Source: Myxococcales bacterium
GTDB taxonomy: Bacteria; Myxococcota_A; Polyangia; Polyangiales; Houyiibacteriaceae
DNA: 64,000 nucleotides
Direction: 5' to 3'
Assembly (NCBI GenBank): GCA_029862185.1
Contig: JAOTXX010000002.1
Span: forward strand, 23,162-87,161
The notes under the pieces are model-generated. The model was not told the DNA's origin. It worked only from the letters and a program-made list of their open reading frames with translations, and searched no databases. Below, in pieces: positions 18,718-28,121 of this stretch (positions are counted from its first letter, which is position 1; every line of letters begins with the position of its first letter). Position numbers and translations under genes: made by a program.

Positions 18718-19095
18718 ATGAAATCCCGTTTCAGGCTCCCGGCCTTCGTTCTCGGCGTCTCTCTATTTTTGATTTCCTGCTCTTCGGAGGACAGCGCGGC
18801 GACCGGCCCCAACATCGAGGTCGATCCGTTCGGCGACAACGGCGTGTTCCTGAAGGTGCTGCCACCCGGATCGGCCGACGCGAACGATGGAAACATCGCG
18901 ACCGACCCGAATTCCACCAACCAGCTCGTGATGTACGAGAATCTCGTCTTCAGTGATTCATATCCGACACCGGGGCAGTTGGATGATGGCAATCTCGTTC
19001 CGAGCTACTTCAAAGATGAACTGTTTCTCGACGAGACCGCATTCGACGCATTGACATTCGTGACCAACGGAACGAACAGCGCGCGCATCGTTAGG
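18718..19095 (+). pseudogene. N-terminal fragment of a penicillin acylase (Ntn-hydrolase) family lipoprotein
   Basis: Lipobox LISC, then VLPPG...YENLV...YFKD...ARIVR. Similarity stops just before the expected D.xGVPHI motif and the frame runs into antisense sequence until 19236. Confidence 0.6.
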
Positions 19096-19482
19096 ACCGG
19101 CGAGAAAGCCTTTCTCGGAGCAATCGATCAGGCCCTTGTTGCGCTCCTTGAGCGCTTCATAGCGAAAGCCCAATCGGTCCATGGTTCCCGGGCGAAAATT
19201 CTCGACCAGCACGTCCGCGCCGTCGACGAGGCGTAGCACCGCCGCTCTCTCTCCGGGCGACTTGAGGTCCACGCAAAGCGAACGCTTGTTCCGGTTGTAA
19301 GCCGGAAAGTAGCCCGCGCCCGACCCCGGCAAGCCGCGGGTCTTGTCCCCATGCACTGGCTCCAACTTGATCACGTCGGCGCCCATGTCGGCCAGAACGA
19401 GGCCCACCGCCGGGCCCATCACCATGTGGGTGAACTCGATCACCTTGACGCCCGCCAGGGGCAGCGATTGTTCATCCCTCAT
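19091..19482 (-). pseudogene. N-terminal fragment of a CaiB/BaiF family III CoA-transferase
   Basis: PLAGVKVIE, GP...LADMGADVIKLEP..GD, NRNKRS, ADVLVENFRPG, SEKGFLAGP, then abrupt loss of similarity after about 130 aa (the family is about 400 aa). Confidence 0.8.
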
Positions 19483-19490
19483 CGCCAAGC

Positions 19491-20087
19491 CTATGGGCGG
19501 TATTTCTTCCGGATCTTCACCGCGCCCTTGGGCAGCTTGGCGAGAAGGGTTCGGTAGGCCCGTCGTTTGGACTTCTCGTCGGTCGCCCCGGCCATGACTT
19601 CGTCGTACCCCAAGCTCTGAAAGGAAGCGCGCGTCATGTTGATCTCTCCAACGCGCTTTTCCTTTTGATTGAAGACCAGTTGGAGACCGTCGACGTCCTC
19701 GGTGCGGTCGTACAGGAGCGGCGCTGTATAGAACGCCGCAAACATCATGGCATCGCTCACCGTCTGAGGCGGGGATTGTTCGTCGACCTTTGGGGAGGCC
19801 TCCAATGGGAATGTGATCTTGATGCCGGTATCGGTCTCTTCGACGGTTCTCATCTGCGTGAGTCCCATGACCTTGGACACCAGGGCGCTGAACTCGGGCG
19901 GGCTTTCAGGGGCGGGCTCGCTTGGAGCTGAATCCTCGGGCTCTGGGGCCTCCGTCTTCGCCTCCTCCTCAACGACCTCCGCGACGCCACTCGAATCTGC
20001 GCTACTGGGGGCTTCCTTGCGTTCTTGACAGCCAAGCACGAGGACCGCTCCGATCCACAGTGCAACAACGTTCATGTGACCCTTCAC
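19491..20087 (-). CDS. hypothetical lipoprotein
   Basis: GTG start with AGGAGGT RBS, lipobox VLGC, Pro/Glu-rich linker, globular C-terminal domain. Confidence 0.7.
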   Translation of the reverse strand: MKGHMNVVALWIGAVLVLGCQERKEAPSSADSSGVAEVVEEEAKTEAPEPEDSAPSEPAPESPPEFSALVSKVMGLTQMRTVEETDTGIKITFPLEASPKVDEQSPPQTVSDAMMFAAFYTAPLLYDRTEDVDGLQLVFNQKEKRVGEINMTRASFQSLGYDEVMAGATDEKSKRRAYRTLLAKLPKGAVKIRKKYRP

Positions 20088-20177
20088 TCCGTACCTCCTG
20101 GCGACTTGATGACAAACCACTCCGTCTTTCGACGACCTAGCCTCGCACTCAACCTATCTTATCGTAAACTTCTGTCG

Positions 20178-20960
20178 ATGCCGCCGCTTTCCCACGGGCT
20201 CTGGGCTTTCTTGACGGCCTTGGTTTGCTTGTCCAGCTGTGCGATGCGCACACCGGGTACCACGGAGACGGCGCTCGCTACGACGCCCGTGGGCACCAGC
20301 GAAGTTTCGCCGGCCGCCGAATCGACTGAGCCCGCAAAAGACGAGCCCAGCGCCCACCCGGGTATCAACGACCCCTATTTCCAGCCCGATGGGCCCGAGC
20401 GGTACCGTCGCATCCTCGAGGCTGAATCCCGCGAGATCGTCCAGCGGCGTAGCGACATCGTGGACGCCATGGGCCTTCACAGGGGGATGGTGGTCGCAGA
20501 CATTGGCGCCGGCACCGGCCTGCTGACTACGGAGATCGCACAGCGCGTAGGGGCGCGGGGCTGGGTCTACGCCGTCGACATCGTGCCTGAGTTCCTCGAC
20601 CTGATTCGCAGTCGCGCCGCCGAGCAAGGCCTGCGCAACGTCACCGTGATTCAAGGGGAAGAGAAAGCCGCCGGCCTGGGTCCCGGCTCGCTCGACTTGG
20701 CGTTCATGTGCGACACGTACCATCACCTCGAGTTCCCCCGGGCCTACATGCGCTCCGTGTTTCTCAGTCTGCGGCCTGGCGGAAGGCTCGTCTTGGTGGA
20801 CATGAAACGCGTAGAGGGCGAGAGCAGTGCAAGCGTCCTCAAGCACGTCCGCGCCGGCAAGGCCGCGGTCATCGAGGAGGTCGAGCGGGCGGGCTTCGTC
20901 TTTCAGTCCGAAACCGAGCTTCTCGAGGAGAACTACTACCTGCATTTCCGGCGCCCCTGA
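20178..20960 (+). CDS. class I SAM-dependent methyltransferase with lipoprotein-like signal
   Basis: VADIGAGTG, VYAVDI, DTYHH, LRPGGRL. N-terminal hydrophobic stretch ending in LSSC. Confidence 0.88.
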   Translation: MPPLSHGLWAFLTALVCLSSCAMRTPGTTETALATTPVGTSEVSPAAESTEPAKDEPSAHPGINDPYFQPDGPERYRRILEAESREIVQRRSDIVDAMGLHRGMVVADIGAGTGLLTTEIAQRVGARGWVYAVDIVPEFLDLIRSRAAEQGLRNVTVIQGEEKAAGLGPGSLDLAFMCDTYHHLEFPRAYMRSVFLSLRPGGRLVLVDMKRVEGESSASVLKHVRAGKAAVIEEVERAGFVFQSETELLEENYYLHFRRP

Positions 20961-21140
20961 GGCGGCGCTGCCAGCCCCACCAGGGTGTGAGCTTTCATAC
21001 AAGTCCGGACTCTCGGCCGTTGAAGTCGGGCTTCCGAATCGGCCGAATTCGGACATCGACGACCGCTGCGTCATCCTGTCTTCCACGACCGGCTGATCTT
21101 GGGTATACCGATCCGAGCCCGAACCCGGAGAGTGTTTCTG

Positions 21141-22847
21141 ATGAGACGCGAATGGTTGATAGCACGCAAGCGCTCACTGCTGGTCCTTCTGATCCTGCCC
21201 ACCATGGCCATGGACTGCGAGCCGATGGACCTCGTCCAAATGACCCTCGACCGGATGTCGCCGGACGCCGCGGTCGATCCGGCCAGCGTCGATCCGCCGG
21301 ATCCCAGCGAGCAGCCGACGGGTCAATACCGAAGCATCGACGGCACGGGCAATCACGAGACCCACTTCGAGCTTGGAGCCGCGAACACCACGCTCCGCCG
21401 CGGGATGTCCGTCCACTACGGGGACATGGTCGCCTCAATGGGCGGAAGCTCACGGCCGTCGCCCCGGGCCATCAGCAACGCGGTCTGTGCGGATTCGCAG
21501 CGTCCGCCAAACGCACTCGGCGCGAGTGATTTCCTTTGGCAGTGGGGCCAGTTTGTCGACCACGACATCGACTTGAGCGGGGAGCAAGAGCCGGCGGAGC
21601 CGATGCCGATTCCCGTTCCTTCGGGTGACCCCTTCTTCGACCCGGCCGGCACTGGGTTCATGACGATCGACGCAAACCGCAGCATATACCATCCAGGAAC
21701 AGGAAACGACCCCGCCTACCCACGACAGCAGCTCAACCAAATCACCCACTTCATCGACGCATCGAACGTCTATGGCTCCGATCTGATTCGGGCCGCCATC
21801 ATGAGGACCAACGATGGAACGGGGCGCCTATTGGTGAGCACTGGTAATTTGCTTCCGTTCAACACACCGGGATTGCCCAATGCCGGGGGCACGGGTCCTG
21901 AGCTCTTTCTCGCAGGAGACGTCCGGGCAAACGAGCAAGTCGCTCTCACCGCAATGCACACGCTTTTTTTGCGGGAGCACAACCGCTTGGCAGCCGAGAT
22001 TGCGACAAACAACCCAGCCCTGACAGGCGAGGAGATCTACCAGGAGGCGCGGCGCATCGTTGGCGCGCTGATGCAGGTCATCACCTACAACGAGTTTCTG
22101 CCGGCCCTGCTAGGGCCCAACGCGTTGAACCCGTACACGGGCTACCGCTGGAGCACGAGCCCGGCAATCATGAACGAATTCTCGACGGCGATTTATCGTT
22201 TTGGCCACAGCGCCCTGAGCCCCACCTTGCTGCGTCTGGATGCGGCCGGTAACGAGATCCCTTCGGGACACCTTTTGCTTCGTCAGGCGTTCTTTCGGCC
22301 GGACCGTCTGGTCAACGAGGGGGGCATCGAGCCTATCCTGCGCGGGCTGGCCAGCCAACCCTGTTCGGCCATCGATACCGAGCTGGTGGACGATGTTCGC
22401 AACTTTCTCTTCGGTCCTCCCGGATCGGGGGGCTTCGATCTCGCGTCGCTCAACATTCAGCGTGGACGCGATCATGGCTTGCCTAGCTATAACGAAGCCC
22501 GCAGGGCGCTGGGCCTCTTGCCGATAGCCAGCTTCACGGAGTTCGGCAGCGATCCGGCAACTCAGGCACGGCTTGCATCGGTCTATGCGGACGTGGACGA
22601 GATCGATTTGTGGGTCGGGGCGCTCGCGGAGGATCCCGTTAACGGCGGCCACGTTGGCGAAGTCGCGTTCCGGGTTATCAAAATGCAATTCGAAGCCCTT
22701 CGTAACGGAGATCGCTACTGGTACAGGGCGGGTGGTTTTTCACCTCAGGAGGTCGCCGACCTCGAGGGCACGACGCTTGCCGACGTGATCCGGCGCAACA
22801 CGACGATCGGCGCCGAGCTCAGCGACGACGTGTTCCAAGCCAACTAA
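21141..22847 (+). CDS. secreted heme peroxidase, peroxidase-cyclooxygenase (animal peroxidase) superfamily
   Basis: YRSIDGTGN, PSPRAISN, WGQFVDHD, ITHFIDASNVYG, AGDVRANEQ, REHNR, YRFGH, NIQRGRDHG, GDRYWY. Confidence 0.93.
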   Translation: MRREWLIARKRSLLVLLILPTMAMDCEPMDLVQMTLDRMSPDAAVDPASVDPPDPSEQPTGQYRSIDGTGNHETHFELGAANTTLRRGMSVHYGDMVASMGGSSRPSPRAISNAVCADSQRPPNALGASDFLWQWGQFVDHDIDLSGEQEPAEPMPIPVPSGDPFFDPAGTGFMTIDANRSIYHPGTGNDPAYPRQQLNQITHFIDASNVYGSDLIRAAIMRTNDGTGRLLVSTGNLLPFNTPGLPNAGGTGPELFLAGDVRANEQVALTAMHTLFLREHNRLAAEIATNNPALTGEEIYQEARRIVGALMQVITYNEFLPALLGPNALNPYTGYRWSTSPAIMNEFSTAIYRFGHSALSPTLLRLDAAGNEIPSGHLLLRQAFFRPDRLVNEGGIEPILRGLASQPCSAIDTELVDDVRNFLFGPPGSGGFDLASLNIQRGRDHGLPSYNEARRALGLLPIASFTEFGSDPATQARLASVYADVDEIDLWVGALAEDPVNGGHVGEVAFRVIKMQFEALRNGDRYWYRAGGFSPQEVADLEGTTLADVIRRNTTIGAELSDDVFQAN

Positions 22848-22851
22848 CGCG

Positions 22852-25800
22852 CTAGCGACGACGAACGGTCCGCCTGCGGGTTCCAATGCGCAGCGCGAGG
22901 AAGATCATGATGAAGCCGAGTAGACCGTCCGCAGGATCGATGCGACCCACGCGGCAATCGCGTGGGGGGAGGGCGAGCTCTCGATTGGAGCCCGGGGCCC
23001 CGCAGTCGGGGTCAGCACCGAAGTCTGCGACGCCATCTCCGTCATTGTCGAAGCCGTCGCTGCACTCTGGGTTCTCGATTCGGCCCCCAGCGCTCGGGCA
23101 ACCCGTGTCCGCAAGGTCGATTGTACCGTCGCCGTCGTTGTCGATCCCATCGCTACAGGCGCCTATGATGCTGCCCGGATTGGCCGGATCCGTGCTCGAC
23201 TGAATCTCGTCGTAGTTGCGCATCCCATCTTGGTCGCGATCCAGAGCGATGCGCGAGCCAGATCCTGGGGGCACGCAGGTGAAGGTCGTCGCCTGTCCAG
23301 GAACCTGCGCCATGGTTCGCATGCTCGACGGCGACAACGATGGATCGGTCAAGGAATCTGGGATGTAGCTATTGGTACCGGGATCGTAGAGGGCACTGCG
23401 TTCGAAGCCGTTCCGCATGCCGTGAGCGACGAGATCGCACTCGGTGGTCACGCCTCCGAGAACCGCCGACACGAATGTCGCGCCTGCTCGCTGTTCGAGC
23501 AATGAGATGCGGGCATCGACGTCCGAAAAGTTCGTGTCGTCGAGCGTGACCTGCTGCCCGACGATCGGGGCCAAGTCGGAGTCGAATGCAAGCAACGCAT
23601 CCTCGACGTCTCGGCGCTGTGGGTCACCACCGTCGAAACCGACGTTGGCTTCATTGAAAAGAAGACCCGGGTTCTGAAACACGTCCGCAGTGAAGAAGCG
23701 GAAAAGCGTGTCGGTCGCGCCATCGTGGAGATAGCCCGTGCCGCGAACCTGGTCACCCATGTGGCTGCCATCGCCCGGCAGGTTGAAGTCGACGTTCGGC
23801 ATGCCGAACATTCCGACCTTTTGATAGAGATTCCGAAAATGCGGGATTTTGAAGATCTGTGGTTCGGCCTCGAAGCTCGCCTCGCGTCCGGTGCCAAAGA
23901 ATCCCTGGCTCGGGTCGTGGCGGTGGCAGCCCTCACAGGTAAAGCCATTGACGTTGGCGCCATCGGAGAGCTGACCCGTGCTGCCGTCGAAGAAGTCCAT
24001 TCCGGCCTGTTGGTTTGTCGTCAAGCTGTTATCGAGAGCGCGGACAGGGTTAGGAGGCAAGGTGACCTGCAGCGCAAAGGTCGTGAAGTCGGCCATGTCG
24101 GATTGCAGCCCTGGGTCGGTGGGCGGTGTGTTCCCGCCGACCAGCCCGGAGAACGCGCCGATGAAGTTCATGAACGAGGTGAATTCGTCGGTTGGACTGA
24201 GGCCAAAAAAGCCATTGGACCGATCGCCGCGCCAGTGCATCGCCCCGCTGGTCGACAAGCCGCGAAGCGTTTGCGTCGTCATCGGACCCTTCATCGGATG
24301 GAAATCACGTACGACACCTGTGCCGTTGAGCTCGGATGTATCGACTGGAAAGAACTGAAGGACGTTCTCGAAATTGATCGTCATCGTATTGAGCGTCACG
24401 CTCTCGTCGGGATTGCCGAGATCCCAGGACAAGCTGTCGAAGTCCCCAAAAATGTGGCAGCTCGAGCATGAGGCCTCGCCATTGCTCGATGTCTTGAATG
24501 CGTCATAGAGCATGGGCCGACCGTCGACGATCGAGTCGGGCTCGGGGTTGTGAAGCGGGAAGTGGTTGACCTCCGTGCCAGTCCCCACGTCGACCACGGA
24601 GATCGCGTTGTCGAACCGGGTCAGTACGAAGAGGTTCCCATTGGCTTCGTCAAGCGCCAAGCCGCTTGGCCCGCCGCCCGATACCGACAGGTAGTTCGGG
24701 CTCGCGGCGGTGGGGCTGAACGTTGTGTTGTCCAAGTCGGACGTCGAAATCACACCGACTTTGCTCGAGCCAAAGGCCGCGACGTAGAGGGTGGAACCGT
24801 CACTCGTCACCACCATGTCGAGCGGCGTCGCGAGGCTATGATCTTTGGTCCCCGCTGGTGCGGGTGTGATGTTGTAGTTGATGTGTGAGTTCAGGTGCAC
24901 AGGCGAGACGCTGGCTCCGTCGATGACGGTGATGCGAGCCTGGTGGAGGTTTCCCTGCACCGTGGATCCGCCGAAGATCCCGGGGCCCTCGAAGCGGGTC
25001 AGGTTCTGCGCGTCGGTGTTCGAGACGTAAACGTTTCCGTTGGCGGGATTGACCGCCATGTTGAAGTTGATGGTGCCGACGTGCGCAAAGCTCGCAGTTT
25101 CGTTAAGCGTCGTTGCGTCGATCTCGAAGACGTCGAGGTCTGGAAGAAAGAAGCGAATGCCGTTGCTCCAGTTCCGCCCACCCTCGTCGCGCCATTGCCC
25201 CGAACTGTCGTCGAATTGAACGATCAGACCGGTCTCTGGCGCGTTGTCTCCGTCGACATTCGTGGAAGGGCCCGGAAGGCCCCCTGGGAGCCTTCCGCTG
25301 TTGAGACCGTTTGGCGAGCTAATGCCGTCACCGTTGCACTGGCTGCCGCCGAAATTGTCACAAACCATCCCTTCATTGACCACCGCCGTTACGTTGCCGG
25401 AATGAAAGATCGCGGCGTAGACCGAGGTGCCGTCGGCGCTGACGGTGAGCGCGCGTGGTGTGTCACCAAACAGCTCCACGATTTTCAGAGGGGTTCCGCC
25501 CACGCCTGCTCCGGGGGTGTCGGCATCGAAGACCCAAACGTCGGCGCGAGGCACGCTAGGTGTGGTCAGCTCCGGGTCGCCAGCGCCGGGAACGCTAGCA
25601 ATCGATGAGTCGCTGCGGTGCTGTCCGCGGTGAGCGGTCGTGATGAACACGCGGTCTCCTAGCGGGCCGGCGCCATCCGGGTCGGTGACGACGATGTCGC
25701 GCGGTTCGTCTCCGACGAGTAAGGTCCGCGTCACGGTGCCCGTCACCAAATCAACGATGCTCACGCTGTCTGACAGGTGGTTGACCACCCAAGCTTCACT

Positions 25801-26061
25801 GCTGCCCGGCCGAATGGCCACTGCGCAAGGTTCGAGGCCGACCGGGATCGACATCCGTCGAGTGATACCGTTCGGTACGACGTCGAAGGTCTCCAACGCG
25901 TTGTCGGGGGTATTGACGGCAGCCAAGATCCCGCCTTCCATCGCAAGTGGCCGAACGGGGCCGGTCTCGAACGCGACAAACGAGGGCTGAGCGATGGTCG
26001 GATTGGCGGTCAGCGCTAGGACGGCGCAGGCCAGCAGAGGCAAGCGAACGGATCGGTGCAT
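22852..26061 (-). CDS. surface-anchored YncE-like beta-propeller / di-heme cytochrome c peroxidase-like protein
   Basis: Signal peptide; YVTN-type repeats (VVNHLSDSVSIVD, VLTRFDNAISVVD); CSSCH and CEGCH; MHWRGDR, FKIPHFRN, YLHDG; C-terminal Cys+TM+Arg tail. Confidence 0.82.
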   Translation of the reverse strand: MHRSVRLPLLACAVLALTANPTIAQPSFVAFETGPVRPLAMEGGILAAVNTPDNALETFDVVPNGITRRMSIPVGLEPCAVAIRPGSSEAWVVNHLSDSVSIVDLVTGTVTRTLLVGDEPRDIVVTDPDGAGPLGDRVFITTAHRGQHRSDSSIASVPGAGDPELTTPSVPRADVWVFDADTPGAGVGGTPLKIVELFGDTPRALTVSADGTSVYAAIFHSGNVTAVVNEGMVCDNFGGSQCNGDGISSPNGLNSGRLPGGLPGPSTNVDGDNAPETGLIVQFDDSSGQWRDEGGRNWSNGIRFFLPDLDVFEIDATTLNETASFAHVGTINFNMAVNPANGNVYVSNTDAQNLTRFEGPGIFGGSTVQGNLHQARITVIDGASVSPVHLNSHINYNITPAPAGTKDHSLATPLDMVVTSDGSTLYVAAFGSSKVGVISTSDLDNTTFSPTAASPNYLSVSGGGPSGLALDEANGNLFVLTRFDNAISVVDVGTGTEVNHFPLHNPEPDSIVDGRPMLYDAFKTSSNGEASCSSCHIFGDFDSLSWDLGNPDESVTLNTMTINFENVLQFFPVDTSELNGTGVVRDFHPMKGPMTTQTLRGLSTSGAMHWRGDRSNGFFGLSPTDEFTSFMNFIGAFSGLVGGNTPPTDPGLQSDMADFTTFALQVTLPPNPVRALDNSLTTNQQAGMDFFDGSTGQLSDGANVNGFTCEGCHRHDPSQGFFGTGREASFEAEPQIFKIPHFRNLYQKVGMFGMPNVDFNLPGDGSHMGDQVRGTGYLHDGATDTLFRFFTADVFQNPGLLFNEANVGFDGGDPQRRDVEDALLAFDSDLAPIVGQQVTLDDTNFSDVDARISLLEQRAGATFVSAVLGGVTTECDLVAHGMRNGFERSALYDPGTNSYIPDSLTDPSLSPSSMRTMAQVPGQATTFTCVPPGSGSRIALDRDQDGMRNYDEIQSSTDPANPGSIIGACSDGIDNDGDGTIDLADTGCPSAGGRIENPECSDGFDNDGDGVADFGADPDCGAPGSNRELALPPRDCRVGRIDPADGLLGFIMIFLALRIGTRRRTVRRR
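23002..23160 (-). repeat. two tandem Cys/Asp-rich putative Ca-binding peptide repeats
   Basis: CSDGIDNDGDGTIDLADTGC and CSDGFDNDGDGVADFGADPDC. Confidence 0.75.
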
Positions 26062-26164
26062 GGGTATTTCCCTCGGGCAACGGGTCCCCTAAGGTACCGC
26101 GGGGGTCGGCCGGGCGCCAAGGCACTTCGATCCTCGGTTTTTCGGTGCATACTCTGGCTGAAAT

Positions 26165-27454
26165 ATGCCCACGCAGCGTGAATTGACGGTTCCCACCCTC
26201 GGGTCCTGTGCCTTCGAGTCGCCCCTTCGGTCCCAGGGTCGGATGTTCGCGGACGAGTCGATTCGGGTCCGGGTGAAGCGCCACATTCGTGACGATGCAG
26301 CCGAAATCGACACGCTCTCCTTCGAGGAGGCGGGCCCACGGCGCAAGCTCTTCTTCAATCCGGCGGAAACGACTGCGGCGTTCGTGACCTGCGGCGGGCT
26401 GTCTCCCGGCTTGAACAACGTGATCCGATCCGGATTCCTGGAGCTGACGCACAACTACGGCGTGAAGCGCGTCCTGGGGATCAGAAACGGCTACGCCGGG
26501 CTCAACCCCGACTCCGAGCTCGAGCCGACGGTGATGACAGAACGCTTCGTCCGGAACATCCACCATCTGGGTGGGACTGTGCTCGGAAGCTCACGTGGTG
26601 CGCAGGAGCCGGGGGTCGTCGTGGATTTCTTGGAGGCGCGCGAGATCGACATCTTGTTTTGCATCGGTGGCGATGGCACACAGCGTGGCGCCCATTCCAT
26701 TCAACTCGAGATTGCAAAGCGCGGTCTCCCCAAGTCTGTAGTCGGGATCCCCAAGACCATCGACAACGACGTGCCCTACGTCGAGCTCAGCTTCGGCTAT
26801 GTCACCGCACTCGAGGCAGCCAGTGAAGTACTGCGCGGCGCGCACGTCGAAGCGGTCGGCGCCCCGAACGGCATTGGCTTGGTCAAGCTCATGGGCCGCG
26901 CCGCGGGCTTCATCGCTGCGGGCGCGTCCCTTGCGAGTCAGGAGGCCAACTTCGTTCTCGTGCCAGAGGTTCCGTTTCCTCTCGAGGGCGACGGCGGGCT
27001 ACTTGAGGCCCTGGAGCGGCGAGTTATGACCCGCGGACATGCGGTGGTCGTCGTTGCAGAGGGGGCAGGGCAGCATCTGTTCACGGACAAGAAAGCCGTG
27101 AGCGACGCTTCGGGTAACATCGGCTTCGAAGACATCGGCGTCTTCTTGCGTGACCGAATCAAACGCCATTTCAGTGAGCGAAACCTCGAGCTCAACATGA
27201 AGTACATCGATCCGAGCTATGCGATCCGCAGTGTGCCCGCCAACGCCTGGGACCGGATCCTGACCGACCGAATGGGGCGCGCGGCTGTCCATGCTGCGAT
27301 GGCCGGAAAGACCGACGCCATGGTGGGCTACTGGAACCAGGAAATCATCTACGTGCCCATTTCGACGGCGGTCGCGGAGAAGAAACGGATGTCGCTCGAA
27401 AGCGACTTGTGGAACGCCGTGCTGTCCAGCACGCGTCAACCGAGCTGGCGATAG
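26165..27454 (+). CDS. pfkA: ATP-dependent 6-phosphofructokinase (group X type)
   Basis: VTCGGLSPGLNNVIR, GGTVLGSSRG, IGGDGT, PKTIDND, KLMGR, VAEGAGQ, YIDPSYAIRS. Confidence 0.92.
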   Translation: MPTQRELTVPTLGSCAFESPLRSQGRMFADESIRVRVKRHIRDDAAEIDTLSFEEAGPRRKLFFNPAETTAAFVTCGGLSPGLNNVIRSGFLELTHNYGVKRVLGIRNGYAGLNPDSELEPTVMTERFVRNIHHLGGTVLGSSRGAQEPGVVVDFLEAREIDILFCIGGDGTQRGAHSIQLEIAKRGLPKSVVGIPKTIDNDVPYVELSFGYVTALEAASEVLRGAHVEAVGAPNGIGLVKLMGRAAGFIAAGASLASQEANFVLVPEVPFPLEGDGGLLEALERRVMTRGHAVVVVAEGAGQHLFTDKKAVSDASGNIGFEDIGVFLRDRIKRHFSERNLELNMKYIDPSYAIRSVPANAWDRILTDRMGRAAVHAAMAGKTDAMVGYWNQEIIYVPISTAVAEKKRMSLESDLWNAVLSSTRQPSWR

Positions 27455-27476
27455 CGCAAACCAAAGGAATCGAGCC

Positions 27477-28121
27477 ATGGGTCTCAATGCAGTGGGTGAA
27501 TGGATGACAGCGCTGGGGCTTGCCGTGCTCCTCTATGGGGAATGGAAGGGTCGGCCCGGGCTGCGCGCGCTGGGCAAGCCCTTTGCCTCGCTCGGCTTCA
27601 TCGTGGCGGCCATCGGCTTTGGGGCCCTCGAATCGCGCTACGGAAACATCGTCCTGGTGGGCTTGGTCTTGGGAGCGATCGGAGATGTGTGCCTGCTCTG
27701 GTCTGCGAAGCAGTACTTCATCGCGGGCCTCGTTTCCTTTCTGCTCGGTCACGTAGCCTATGTCATCGCGTTCGCGGGCCTTCCCATCGACACGACGTTC
27801 GCGCTGGTGAGCGCGGGCGCGCTTGCGGTGGTCATGGTCGTAATCGCACGCTGGGTGTTTCCGCACGCTCCAGACATGCGCGGTCCCATCGGCGCATACA
27901 TGCTGGTGATTTCCGCGATGTGCGTCTTCGGGGTCGGAGCGGGTGGGGCAGGCGCGCCATGGATGATTCCGCTCGGTGCGCTGATGTTCGCCGCGTCCGA
28001 CATCGCCGTGGTGCGAGACCGCTTCGTCGCGCCGGGCTTTGTGAATCGCCTCTGGGGGCTACCCCTCTATTATGCGGCGCAGCTCATCATCGCGTGGAGC
28101 ATCATGGCGGTTGACGGCTAG
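27477..28121 (+). CDS. YhhN/TMEM86 lysoplasmalogenase family membrane protein
   Basis: KP, GDVCLL, F.AGL.SFLLGH.AY, F..SD, YYAAQ. Confidence 0.88.
   Translation: MGLNAVGEWMTALGLAVLLYGEWKGRPGLRALGKPFASLGFIVAAIGFGALESRYGNIVLVGLVLGAIGDVCLLWSAKQYFIAGLVSFLLGHVAYVIAFAGLPIDTTFALVSAGALAVVMVVIARWVFPHAPDMRGPIGAYMLVISAMCVFGVGAGGAGAPWMIPLGALMFAASDIAVVRDRFVAPGFVNRLWGLPLYYAAQLIIAWSIMAVDG

Noticed and set aside
18688-19236. 182-aa (+) and 176-aa (-) ORFs as intact overlapping genes
   Set aside because: Each is a 5' gene fragment that continues into the antisense of the other; treated as pseudogenes.
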